This document shows positions 17,768-30,470 of a stretch of DNA of 64,000 nt, in pieces (positions within the stretch are counted from its first letter, which is position 1; the number at the start of each line of letters is the position of its first letter). A model generated the notes under the pieces. That model did not search any database. It saw only the letters and a list, made by a program, of their open reading frames with translations, and had not been told where the DNA came from. The stretch comes from the human T2T-CHM13v2.0 reference genome, Homo sapiens. The DNA lies in the NCBI RefSeq assembly GCF_009914755.1, contig NC_060932.1; one strand, 5' to 3'. A program made the translations under genes and the position numbers.

Positions 17768-18408
17768 TGAAGCGGCATCGTTGTCTGGGGTAAATACCCG
17801 AGGTTCATTGTCTTACACCAAGGGCACTGAGGGCACAGACACAACAAGAAGTGGGTTTAGGAGTGGAGATTTAACAGGCAAAAGAAAGAAAAAGGAGAAC
17901 AGTTCTCTCTCTTGTAAGAGAGAGGGGTGCCCAAATGGGACTTCTGGCCCACTGCCGAGTGCATCAGATTTTATAGACAGGCTTGAGGAGGTGGTATCTG
18001 ACTTACATAGGGCCCAAAGACTGGTTGGACCAGGTGTGATGTTTACATAACATACCAGGAAGCTGGCTGCCCCACCCTAATCTTATTATGCAGATAGGCT
18101 TTCCACTTGGCAGGTGCCATGTTGTCTGCTCCCTACCGCACACGTGGTTTGAAAGGAAAAGGGAAGACAGAGCCACCATTTTGAACATCCCTAGTCCCAG
18201 ATAGCCTTTTCCTATTGCCACAACTGCCAGCATTCAGCCATGCAAGCTTCCAGGTTGCTTGTCTATGTCTGCAACTCGATTTTACAGTCTGCTCTTTGCT
18301 AGAAAAGAAAATGATTTGGGGGCTGCTTTTCATTAAAAGGAAAACCTTACTGAGGGCTTCCTTACCCTCACTACCTGCCTAAATAATTTCTTTTTAACTC
18401 ATATGTCA
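17768..18408 (-). mobile_element. ERV1 solo LTR (MER51-like)
   Basis: TG...CA termini; 4-bp TSD gttg/gtta; tgaagcggcatcgttgtctggggtaaatacccgagg end typical of the MER4 group. Confidence 0.75.
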
Positions 18409-21181
18409 GTTAGTGCTCACTGTCTCTACTTGCTCATCTTCTTTCTACTCCTCAAACTAATTATAAAATCGCACCTATACTTCTGAAACTTATCTCACAC
18501 TGGTCACCAGGTGATTTCCAAATTGCCAAATGGAATGAGCAGTTTTCCAGTCTTCATGTTACAAAATTTCTCTGGTAGTTGTAACCCTGTTGATTACGCT
18601 GTCATTCTTCTGACTCCCTGCTCACCTCCTTTCTGGGTGCTGGCCCTCCATCCTCTTTGGATGCCCTTTGCATCACTTCCTGTAGGCCTCATTCAGGAGT
18701 TTATCTTTCTTCCTTGCCACTCTTAATGCTGTTCCTATGGTTCGTGATTGATCCTTTGCCTTTGTTCTTTCAAGTGCTCTCTCCATTCAACCTCATTCAC
18801 CCTCCTCATTTATCACCCCTACGCAGCTAACTCAAATGAGTGTATTTCCATCCACACCTTTTATGTGTTTTTACAACATGCCCAAAGCGTATCTCCACTT
18901 GGCTATCCCAATGCCATGTTAAACTCAATGTATCTAAGTGGACCACACCTCCCTCTTCAAATGTGACCTTTCGGCTGCATGCTGTGTGTTAGGTGGTGGT
19001 ACCATAACTTACCTATCCTTCCAAACTGGAACCCTTCTAGATTCCTCTTTCTTCCTTATTGTTCATAACTGATTAGTTATCAAATCTTGCTAATTTTTCC
19101 TCTAAGATATGTTTTGAGTCTAGTTTATATCTTCACTCCTATCAATATCTTCTAGTTCACTCTCTCAACATCTCTGACCAGATTATTGGTTTATCCATTT
19201 AAGATATTTCATTCCTGCCCTGTGTTAGAAAAAAAAAGAGGACAGCCTCTGCCCTTATTGAGCTTATGGCTGTCTGGACTGTCATAAATTTATGTTTAGG
19301 AGAGTTTCATGGCCAAAATCTCTGTGGCTTGATACAACGTCAATATATTCTCACTCAGCGAATAGTTTCATGTGATGTTCTGGGAATGCAGACGCTTTCC
19401 ATCCTGTCATTCTACCATCTTCAACACTGACTTTTAAGGTCACTGCGGAAGCAGAAAGAGCCTGTAAAAGATCATGGGGCAGGTTTCTAATGCAAATCAT
19501 GGAAGTGACATACATTATCTTTCTATATTCTACAGCTAACTACAAGGGAGCTGGAAAAAGTAGGCTAGCTTGGTGCCCAGGAGAAGCAAGGAACACACAC
19601 TATTGATTCGCTTCTCCATTCTGCCAATCAGCCTTCACTATAAGTGTAGTGGCTCTAAAGTGAAAGCCTGACATTCACTTGTTTCGGGTATTCAGTGCCT
19701 CCATAGAACTTCAGAGAAAGTGCTCCAGGATCTGGCCGTTTATTGGGTCTCCAGTACCATTGCTTATGACTTTCTTTATGCACCGCACTCCCTCGAGGTT
19801 CCCCCTTTCCATGCTTTTGCTTATGTTGTCCTCATGCCCTGAAGTCTCACCATCAGCTCCTTCCACTGCTTCCCTCTTCAGCAAGCCATATTTACTTTTC
19901 TCTTCAGCTTCAGCTCAAATACCATTTCCTCCAAGATTATTTCTCTGTTGCTGTCCTCTTCTGGGGTAGATTTGCATCCCCTCTCTTTGTGCTTCTATAC
20001 TTTTCTCTGAACACACTTATATGCTATGATCTGTTTTTATTTATCTCCTCTGGACCTTGAGTTTCCTGAGGGCAGAGCCACTTTGCTCTTGCACTCCCTA
20101 GGACTTGGCACAAAGATTAGCACATAACTTGGTTATGGTTTGCTTGAAGAGGGCTACCTCTGGTTCCATTTCATCCTGATCCCTCTTTTCTGAGACCTCC
20201 CCCTAGTCAGGCTTTCTTCACTTAAACAAGCCTTCTGCTTTTTAAAATGTGAGCCTTTGGGATAAGATGACATGGGTTTGGCTGTTAGTAGATTTGACTT
20301 GTTTGCTGGGATCTTTGGCTTTGACTGTGATGCTTAAAAATAAATAGATAGCTAAGTAAGCACGTAAACAAATAAATAAACATCCTAAAAGCTAAAGACC
20401 AGCAGTTTTTTATTTCATGCAATTGGCCAACAAAACCTTCTACTTCGTGAGGCACTATTCCCAGGGTGGCAGGGTTTCCAGTGTTCTCTGGGTCTAATGC
20501 TTTTGCTGCTTCTGACAGCTCCCTGTGATGTGAGGTAGTGGTGGGATGAGTATCTTTAGGCCATCCAGACATTGGTCCATGGATTTCAGTTCATATGAAA
20601 ACACTGGCTGGAGCCTTTCCAAGGAAAAGAGAGCCCAGCTGCTGGGGGAACAGAGGACAGATATTTATGCTCTGTGACTGCTAATAGCAACCTGCACTCA
20701 GCCAAGAGAAAAAAATAGCAAAGGACTTTTTTAGTGAGTCAGTCAGGAATGTACCCAAGAAGTCTTTTCTGACAAACAGACTAAGGAGTGATAGAATAAC
20801 TATGCATGAGAGAAAATAGAGATGGATAATGTGGCAATTACTTGTTCATTCATTCCCACATTCATTGAATGTATGCAGGAATGCAAAGATGACTAACACG
20901 TGGAACTAGACTTCAAGCTTACATTTTAGTAGTGGAGACAGGTTTGGAAATCATAGTTTCAAAGTCTTGTACAAAGTACTTTAAAAGAGCTGAGGAGTCA
21001 TAGAAGAATCTCCAAAGGGGTTTAGGGACAACTTGATAGAAAAGTTATCCAAATCAAATTTGGAAGTATCCAAAGGTCAAGGTACAGTAGGAGGAGAGTC
21101 AAGATGTGTCGTGGAGACAGATATTCCTGGAAGAGAGAAGCATGTGTGTAAGGATGTATTTCAAAGAAAGAGGAAGTTTTA

Positions 21182-21858
21182 TCATTGAAAAGGCCAAAAG
21201 GATGACTAAATAGTAAAAAGGATAGTTTTATTGCTGATACCAGTTTGCAAACCAGTAAGAGATAGTCTGGTATGAACTAAAAGTGCTCTTTTTGAAGAGG
21301 GAAAGGGCGAGTTGGGTTTTATGCCCTACAGGGTCTGTATTACAAAGATGTCATACATATTCAGTAGATTTGGGGGAAAACCATACATATTTATGTGGGC
21401 AGTTGAGTACATGCACAATGGGCAAAGATATATGTAACATATATCCTATGTTCACTTTGGGGTGTGGTTTTAGCATTAAAATGAAGTGGAATATCACTAT
21501 GTCAAAAGGTGAATCATAGGATATAAAGACAGTTTATTCACAATCTCTATAAGTTGGCTGAAACTGGCTTAAAGTCTGCAGTTGCTTATCACAAAAGAAT
21601 GTTTGTAAGGCTGGTCCTGTTACTTTAGTGGTCTGGGTTGTAATTCAGAGTTAGGGAGGGAGTATGATAATTTTCCTGATAGCCCTTATTCCTAGAGAGT
21701 TTAGCAAGTGTATGGATTTTCTTGTAGCCATAGGAATTTAGGAAGTTGCCATGTCAGCTGGGCCTTGAAATCTCAACTCCTAGGTAACCTTTGTTTCCTT
21801 AACCTTAAGGTCCATCCTAGTTGATAAAGGGGTGTCTATTTTGATCTCTCAGATCACA
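21182..21858 (-). mobile_element. ERV1 solo LTR (MER72/LTR24-like; subfamily uncertain)
   Basis: Minus strand begins tgtgatctgagagatcaaaatagacacccc; antisense AATAAA (ttttatt) near 21226. Confidence 0.6.
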
Positions 21859-22110
21859 TGTCATATTATTGGTGCATGAAGGGTGAAGCAAATAATAAAG
21901 GGAATGAAGCTAGAAGTCTGGGTTACAGAGAAGTCAGGAATCAGGGGTAGGGACTTCTATGCTACAGGAATCTTGTCAGTAGATTATGATCCTAAGCAAG
22001 TTTGCATTTTTATTTTACCAATCACTCTTGGAGGCAACATGGGGACAGAGTTGACATGGCCCATGCCTGGAGGCAAGGACAGAAATGAATAGAGCCTGAA
22101 ACAAAGCAGA

Positions 22111-23634
22111 GACTCCTCATGGAGAACCTCTGCGAGGGCAGTGCAAAAGGGAAATGTAGGGTTGGAGCCTCCACACACAGTTCCCACTGGAGCACTGCCT
22201 AGTGGCATTATGAGAAGAAGGCCACCATCATTCAGATCCCAGAATGGTAGATCTACTGACAGCTTGAACTGTGCTCCTGGAAAAGCCACAGACACTCAAT
22301 GCCAGCCATGAAGGAGGGATACCTGAGGCTGTGGGAGCCAACCCTGCATTTCCCCTTTGCACTGCCCTAGCATAGGCTCTCCATGAGGGCTCCACCCGTG
22401 TAGCAGACTTCTGCCTGGACATTCAGGCATTTCCATACATCCTCTGAAATCTAGGTGGAGTTTCCCAAACTTCAATTCTTGACTTATGTGCACCCACAGG
22501 CCCAACACCACATGGAAGCCACCAAGACTTGGGGCTTGCACCCTCTGAAGCAACAGCCTTTGGTCCCTTATAGCCACCACTGGAGCTGAAACGGCTGGGA
22601 CGCAGGATGCCATGTCCTGAGGCTGCACAGAGCAGCAGGGACCATGAGCCTGGCCCAGGAAACCATTTTTCCTCCTAGGTCTCTGGACCTTTGATGGGAG
22701 GGGCTGCCATGAATACCTCTGACATGCCCTGGAGACATTTTCCCCATTGTCTTGGTGAATAGCATTCAGCTCCTTGTTACTTATGCAAATGTCTGCAGCT
22801 GGTTTGAATTTCTTCCCAGAAAATGGGTTTTTCTTTTCTACCACATAGTCAGCCTGCAAAATTTTCAAGTTTTTATGCTCTGCTTCCCTTTTAAACATAA
22901 GTTTCAATTTCAGATAATCTCTCTCAAGTTCAAAGATCCACAGATCTGCCCTAGAGATGCCATCAGTCTCTTTACTAAAGCATAGCAAGAGTGACCTTTG
23001 CTCCAGTTCCCAGTTGCTCAAGTTTCTCATCTCCATCTGAGACCACGTCAGCCTGGGCTTCATTGTCCATATCACTATCATCATTTTAGTCAAAGCTATT
23101 CAACAAGTCTCTAGGAATTTCCAAACTTTCCCACATCTTCCTATCTTCTTCTGAGCCCTCCAAACTGTTCCAACCTCTGCCTGTTACCCAGTTTCAAAGT
23201 CATTTCCACATTTTCAAGTATCTTTATAGCAGTGCCCCAAACTCCCAGTATCAATTTGCTGTTAGTCTGTTTTCACACTGCTATAAAGAAATGCCTGAGA
23301 CTGGGTAATTTATAAAGGAAAGTGGTTTAATTGATTCACAGTCCTACATGGCTGAAGAGGCCTCAGGAAACTTACAATTATGGCAGAAGGAGAAGCAGGC
23401 ACCTTCTTCACAAGATGGCAGGAGAGAGAATGAAAGTGAAGGGGGATGAGCCTCTTATAAAACCATCAGATCTTGTGAGAACTCACTATCATGAGAACAG
23501 CATGTGGAACACTGCCCCCATGATCCAATCACCTCCCTTTGCCAACGTATAAGGATTACAGGTTTCTCCCTCAACAAGTGGAAATTACAATTTGAGATGA
23601 GATTTGGTTGGGGACACAGAGCCAAACCATATCA
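22111..23634 (-). mobile_element. Truncated THE1D-like provirus: 5' LTR (about 23260-23634), partial internal region, and an inverted internal segment (about 22111-22335, + strand)
   Basis: LTR begins tgatatggtttggctctgtgtcccc on the minus strand; internal sequence is homologous to 25131-26330. Confidence 0.85.
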
Positions 23635-24103
23635 TATGCATACAATATTATTTGAAAGAACACTGAATAAGTTATTGTCATTAGTTGTCTGTGACTGGGG
23701 GCTTATTTTATTTTTCCCTATTTTTTAATGCTAAACATGTCTTCATTTGATAAAATGAAATATAAAGGGTGTATATTTGCAATAGAAGAGAAAAGATGCA
23801 ATTTGACTTGATAATCAGGATGTGTATAGTTACTTTATAAAGAATAATTTTAAGAATAATTAAAGAATAATTTTTAGAGACTACTGGAAGCAGAAGCTGG
23901 TATGCAGTGGACGGAAGAAGGAATGGACAGCAGTGAAGAGAGATGAGGAGTAGAGAAAGGAGGAGTACGTCCTGCAAAAAGTTATGATGGAAGAGAAGAT
24001 GTGAAAAGGGGCAGCAATTAGTGGGGAAATTTGGAATTTTTTCATCATTTTGGTCTGATTTCCTTTAGTTTCTTCTGTGCATGTATCAGAGAGACACAGA
24101 GAA

Positions 24104-24108
<5 letters not shown>

Positions 24109-24148
<40 letters not shown>

Positions 24149-24162
24149 AACAGAGAGAGAGA
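24109..24162. repeat. (GA)n microsatellite
   Basis: Directly visible. Confidence 0.95.
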
Positions 24163-24571
24163 ATATGTGTCTGTGTGTACAATTAATGGTTTTTAGGGTA
24201 TTAGTGGAAACCAAGATAAAGAACTTGCAGATTCAGGAGAGGGAGAGAAGATAATAGTTGGAGTAAATACCAGAGATGGAGGTTGGGGATGGAGCCAAAA
24301 AAACAAATGGATATAAGTGCACTTTGTCCTCTGAGACTGAAGAGAACAGCATCCATGGCTTTTTGAGGGGGATGAAGGGTCAGGAAGTCCAGGAAGTTCA
24401 AATCTTATAGTTTTCAAGTTTTCAGGATATTAAACTTTGAGGTCCTATACAGTAAGAAGGAGGAAGAGATGGGTAGAGGGGCCTGATGAAAACCAACACC
24501 ATTTGAAACTATTCTTGGAGAAATGAATGCGCTGGTTAATCAAGGATGAAAATTGGTATGTGCTTCTAGAG

Positions 24572-24765
24572 CAGGGCTCAGCAAACTCTCGCCCATGGGC
24601 CAAATCTAACCTGTGGCTTGTTTTTGTGGCTCATGTTCTAAGCATGATTTTTACATTTTAAAAGAGTTATTTATAAAGCAAGAACAAGAATGTGTGAGTA
24701 TGATATGATCTATATCTAGAATATTTACTATTTAGCCCGTAACAGAAAATGTTTTCAACTTTTGT
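24572..24765. mobile_element. MER58-like hAT-Charlie element
   Basis: cagggctcagcaaact...gggccaaatc...tatttactatttagccc...acagaaaatgttt. Confidence 0.7.
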
Positions 24766-24780
24766 TCTAGGATAACCAAT

Positions 24781-27056
24781 TAATATGGTTTGGCTATATC
24801 CTCACCAAAATCTCAACTTGAATTGTATCTCCCAGAATTCCCACATGTTGTGGGAGGGACCCAGGGGGAGGTAATGGAATCACAGGGGCCAGCTTTTCCT
24901 GTGCTATTCTCATGCTAGTGAATAAGTCTCACAAGATCTGATGGGTTTATCAGGGGGTTCTGCTTTTGGTTCTTCCTCATTTTCTCTTGCCTCTGCCATA
25001 TAAGAAATGTCTTTCACCTCCTGCCATGGTTCTGAGGCCTCTCCAGCCATGTGGAGATGTAAGTCCAATTAAACCTCTTTTTGTTCCCAGTTTTGGGTAT
25101 GTCTTTATCAGCAGTGTGAAAACTAATACAGTAAATTGTTACTGAGAGTGGGGTGTTGCCAAAAAGATACCTCAAAATGTTGAAGCAACTTTGGAACTGG
25201 GTAACACGTAGAGGTTGGAACAATTTGGAGGCCTCAGAAGAAGACAGGAAAATGTGTGAAAGTTTGAAACTTCCTAGAAACTTGTTGAATGGCTTTGACA
25301 AAAATACCGATAGTGATATGAACAATAAGGTCCAGACCGAGGTGATCTCAGATGGAGATGAGGAACTTGTTGGGAACTGGAGCAGAGGTGACTCTTGTTA
25401 TATTTTAGCAAAGAGACTGGCAGCATTTTATCCCTGCCCTAGAGATTTGTGGAACTTTGAACTTGAGAAAGATGATTTAGTGTATCTGGCAGAAGAAATT
25501 TCTAAGCAGCAAAGCATTCAAGAGGTGACTTGGGTACTGTTAAAGGCATTCTGTTTTTTATAAGGGGAGTAGAGCATAAAAGTTTGGAAAATTTGCAGCC
25601 TGACTTTGCAATAGAAAAGAAAAACCCATTTTCTGGGGAGACATTCAAGCTGGCTGTAGAAATTTGCATAAGTAGCCAGGAACCTAATGTTAATCCCCAA
25701 GACCATGGGCAAAATGTCTCCAGGCTATGTCAGAGACTTTCATGACAGCCCCTCCCATCACAGGCCTAGAGGCCCAGGAGGAAAATGTAATTTCATGGGC
25801 CAGGTCCAGGGTTCCCATATTGTGTGCACGGGGTGCCCTGTGTCCCAGCCATAGCTGAAAGGGGCCAATGTACAATGTGGGCTGTGGCTTCAGAGGGTAT
25901 AAGCCCCAAGCCTTGGCAGCTTTCATGTGGTGTTGAGCCTGCACGTGCACAGAAGTCAAGAACTGAGGTTTGGGAACCTCTGCCTAGATTTTAGAGGATG
26001 CATGGAAATGCCTGGATGCCCAGGCAAAGATTGCTTCCATGGCGGGGCCCTCATGGATAACTCTACTAGGGCAGTGTGGAAGGGAAATGTGGGGTCAGAG
26101 CCCCCACACTGAGTCCCTACTGGGGCACCACCTAGTGGAGCTGTGAGAAGAGGACCACCATCCTCCAGACCCCAGAATGGTAGATCCACCAACAGCTTGC
26201 ACTGTGTGCCTGGAAAAGCCACAGACACTCAAAGCCAGCCCATGGCAGCAGCCAGGAGAGAGGCATACCCTACAAAGCCACAGGGGCGGGGCTGCCTAAG
26301 ACTGTGTGCACCCACCTCTTACATCAGCGTGAACTGGATATGAGACCTGGAGTTAAAGGAGATCATTTTGGAGCTTTAAAATTTGACTACCCTGCTGGAT
26401 TTTGGACTTGCATGGACCCTGTAAGCCCTTTGTTTTGGCCAATTTCTCCCTTTTGGAATGGCTGTATTTAACCAATACCTATACCCCAATACCTGTACCC
26501 CCATTGTGTCTAGGAAGTAACTAGCTTGCTTTTGATTTTACAGGCTCATATGTAGAAGGGACTTGCCTTGTCTCAGATAAGACTCTGGACTGTGGACTTT
26601 TGGGTTAATGCTGAAATGAGTTAAGATTTTGGGGGACTGTTGGGAAGGCATGATTTGTTTTGAAATGTGAGGACATGAGATTTGGAGGGGCCAGGGAAGG
26701 ATTGATATGGATTGGCTGTGTCCTCACCCACATCTCAACTTGAATTGTATCTTCCAGAATTCCCACGTGTTGTGGGAGGAACCCAGGGGGAGGTAATTGA
26801 ATCATGGGGACCAGATTATCCTGTGCTATTCTCATGCTAGTGAATAAGTCTCATGAGATCTAATAGGTTTATCAGGAGTTTCTGTTTTTGCTTCTTTCTC
26901 ATTTCCTCTTGCCTCTGCCTTCTAAGAATTGCCTTTTGTCTCCCACCATGATTCTGGGGCCTCCCCACGTGTGTGGAACTGTAAGTCCAATTAAACCTCT
27001 TTTTGTTCCCAGTTTCAGGTATGTCTTTATCAGCCATGTGAAAACAAACTAATACA
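24781..27056 (+). mobile_element. Complete THE1A provirus (LTR 24781-25130, internal 25131-26702, LTR 26703-27056)
   Basis: Two ~350-bp direct LTRs with THE1A-type ctcaacttgaattgtatctcccagaattccc; TSD ccaat/ccagt. Confidence 0.95.
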
Positions 27057-27140
27057 CCAGTTGAGGATTGAATTCCTCAACTTCTAGCAGGAATGCTCTT
27101 TGCTCTAAAAGCAATTAGCAGTCTATATAAAGGGTGTTTT

Positions 27141-27298
<158 letters not shown>

Positions 27299-27386
27299 TG
27301 ACTAATTGTCAGAGGTTGTTGATCACCCATTTATTGATAAAAGTTTTACTTACACAGGTATTTTCTTTAACATTACTCTTTATACT

Positions 27387-27572
27387 CAGTGGCATGCCAG
27401 TAAGCTAACTCTGAAAATAAGCCCTGATTTTCAGCATTTGTCAATTTCCATGATGTAAATATTCCCACTATGGCTAATTTCAAGCTACCTATGTGACATC
27501 ACTGAATGAGGTGTTGGGAAGGAATGTGGGGAGTTGGTTTTCAGAAGCCAGTATGGGCCAGCTCTAGCATAA
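27387..27572. mobile_element. MER63-like hAT-Blackjack element
   Basis: aatttccatgatgtaaatattcccactatggctaatttcaagctacc motif. Confidence 0.6.
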
Positions 27573-27987
27573 AACTAATATTTCCAAGTTATATGCTCTA
27601 TTTTTGTATTGAATTTTATTTCACAGTTGAAAAAAGGCTTAAAACAAGAAAGAATTGGGGAGTCTAATTTTCTACATTATAATACAATTGGCATTTTTTT
27701 CCAGTAGGGAAGTAGATTTTGGAGAAATAGTACTATTTTATACTATATGAATCGAACCTACTTTTGTGAAATGAATTACACTAAGGTATAGAGAATTTTG
27801 AAAAGTTGCTACTTCCGTTTCCTATAACTACAACCTAATTCTAACTCTGTGGCTGAGCAGATGCCTGGAAAGATGGAAGTCTTGAAGAAACCTATTGCTC
27901 TTATTTCGCTTATAGGAGGCAACTCAAATATGAGAATATGAGAACTGTGTTTTGAAATAAGTTTCTGATACTAATGTGTTTTGTGCT

Positions 27988-28400
27988 GTGCTGGTTTATG
28001 CAAATGTACCCCCAAAAGTCTGAGGAAGCTGAAAGGCTGAAGAAAGAGGCTGCAAGTTGAATTTAGAAAGAAACATTTAATAGGGACTAATGATCAGAAG
28101 CCGTGTGTGCCTGGGGAGGTTGCAAGACAAGGTGACTCCCTGCACCGTTATCTTCCAGACCCAGGGCTTATATATCATAGGGAAAGGGCATACGTGATTT
28201 AGAAGGGATATGTAGGACAACTGAAGTACGATAGCATCAAGGTTGTTTTGACCTAATGGCAGGATTTATGGTAAGTACCTGCTCTTAAACAAGGAATAAT
28301 AGATAAATGGGAAATCTTAGAGGCATTCCCAGAACTGGGTTGATCAGAAGTCAACATGGCAGATTAGCATCAAAGATGGAGTTGCTTTAGCCTGCGCACA
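27988..28400 (-). mobile_element. ERV1 solo LTR (MER93-like)
   Basis: Minus strand begins ...ggctaaagcaactccatctttgatgctaatctgccatgttgacttctgat. Confidence 0.65.
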
Positions 28401-28663
28401 GTGAGACCTCTTTGGAGTTGAGAATAAATGGAAAGGCCTATAAATTAAATGACACAGATGGAGGCCATCTAGATAGGTTTGCTCCACAGTGAATCAGAAA
28501 GTTTTACCTGATTCATGTCTACCTCTGACATGCCTGTGGGAGCCACTGCTTCTTTATCCAGAAGAGAAGCTCAGTTTCTGAAAGAACTAATTTTTCCCTT
28601 CACTTCCAGGCAGCTCACTCCTACAGCTAGACATTATTGCTACCCTAAGCAATGGTTACTTTG

Positions 28664-29093
28664 TGTATTAGGCCATTCTTGCATTGCTGTGAAGAAATAC
28701 CTGAGTCTGAGTAATTTATAAGAAAGGGGGTTTAATTGGCTTATGGTTTTGCAGGCTGTACAGGAAGCATAAAACCAGCATCTGCCTTTGGGGAGGCCTC
28801 TGGAGGCTTACAATCATGGCACAAGGCCAAGCAGGAACTAGCAGTCAAATGGCGAAAGCAAAAGCAAGAGCAAGGTTGGGGAAGGTGCTACACATTTTCT
28901 ATACATTTTCAAAGGACCACATCATTTGAGAACTCACTCACTATCATGAGAGCGGCAACAAAGACATGGTACTGGACCATTCATGAGAAATCCACCCCCA
29001 TGATCCAGTCACCTCCCACCAGCCCTCACCTCTAACATTGGGGATTACAATTCAACATGAGATTTGGGCAGGACACAAATCCAAACTATATCA
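28664..29093 (-). mobile_element. MSTA-like solo LTR
   Basis: tgtattaggccattcttgcattgctg...ccaaactatatca. Confidence 0.85.
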
Positions 29094-30139
29094 CCCTGAT
29101 AGGATATTTCCTTTAAGCTCTAGTTTGACTTTTACAAGGACCATGTGTTCCAGTGCTCATTAAGAGTCCTACCCTCAAGTCCTGGGCTTTTCTTTCTTCC
29201 AACATATCTTCGCAACCCACTTCATTTTCTCTTGCATATTTTCTGTTTTCTGAAGATCCCCAGTCTTCATTAACTTAAAAAAGAGTCTCAATTTAAAATA
29301 TGATACCTTTTAAAAGTTAATAAAATGCCTAAAAGTTGTTAATCTCTTCTCAGGGAATAGCTGTGGATATTCTGCTAGACACTGGGAGAGATATCCTGGC
29401 CACTCAGTATAAATGGTTCCCATTAGAGCTTCATGCCTCTGTGAAGCGTTTCATTAAAATTCTTTCATCTGCTTTTAATCTGTATAAGCTTTGATTAAAA
29501 ATGAAATAAGAAGTTAAAAAAAATGCCCTAGGCAATTTGACATTGATAATAGAAAGCTGAAAGAATTACAGATAATAGAGTGGAGATTTATTTGGATAAT
29601 TTCTCAGGCAAAGTCATCAAAATATGTAAATTTTAAGAAAATATGATAATAAGTATTTGAACAAAATATGGTCAGACCAAAGAGTTGGCATAATTAAAGG
29701 CATAATTCTTTCTCCAAACCAAGTTTTCCATTTAGCTAGTTTGAGTTGTATTCTGGGGTCCATTACTTCTTAGTACTGAAATACATCTTCAAAGCAATGT
29801 TTCTCTTCATCTCCATTTTCAACTGCTAAAATTTTCCAGCCCTGAAAAACAGCTCATATGTTTGCTAAAATTGAGAGGAGGTAGCCCATGAGTAATGTGC
29901 CAGTTCTGTGTGACACACATTTTGACTATTCACAGGGCTTTTTTACTTACTTGCCAGTTCTTGCTTCTTTCTGGAACAGTGATATATTGCCACTATCTTT
30001 ATGAATAATGGATTCATAAATATGAGGCCTAAAAGAAACTTAAAGATCAACTGGTAGCTTTCTAAAAGTTAAATGAGAAAACTCGTTTTGTAAGCCCGAG
30101 AGCATGATGCAGGAAGTTAAAAAAAAAATTAAGAGATCG

Positions 30140-30470
<331 letters not shown>

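Noticed and set aside
22296-23093. 265-aa ORF (and the 136-aa ORF at 25153-25563)
   Set aside because: Both lie in THE1 internal sequence; such open stretches are common to the family and there is no sign of independent gene structure
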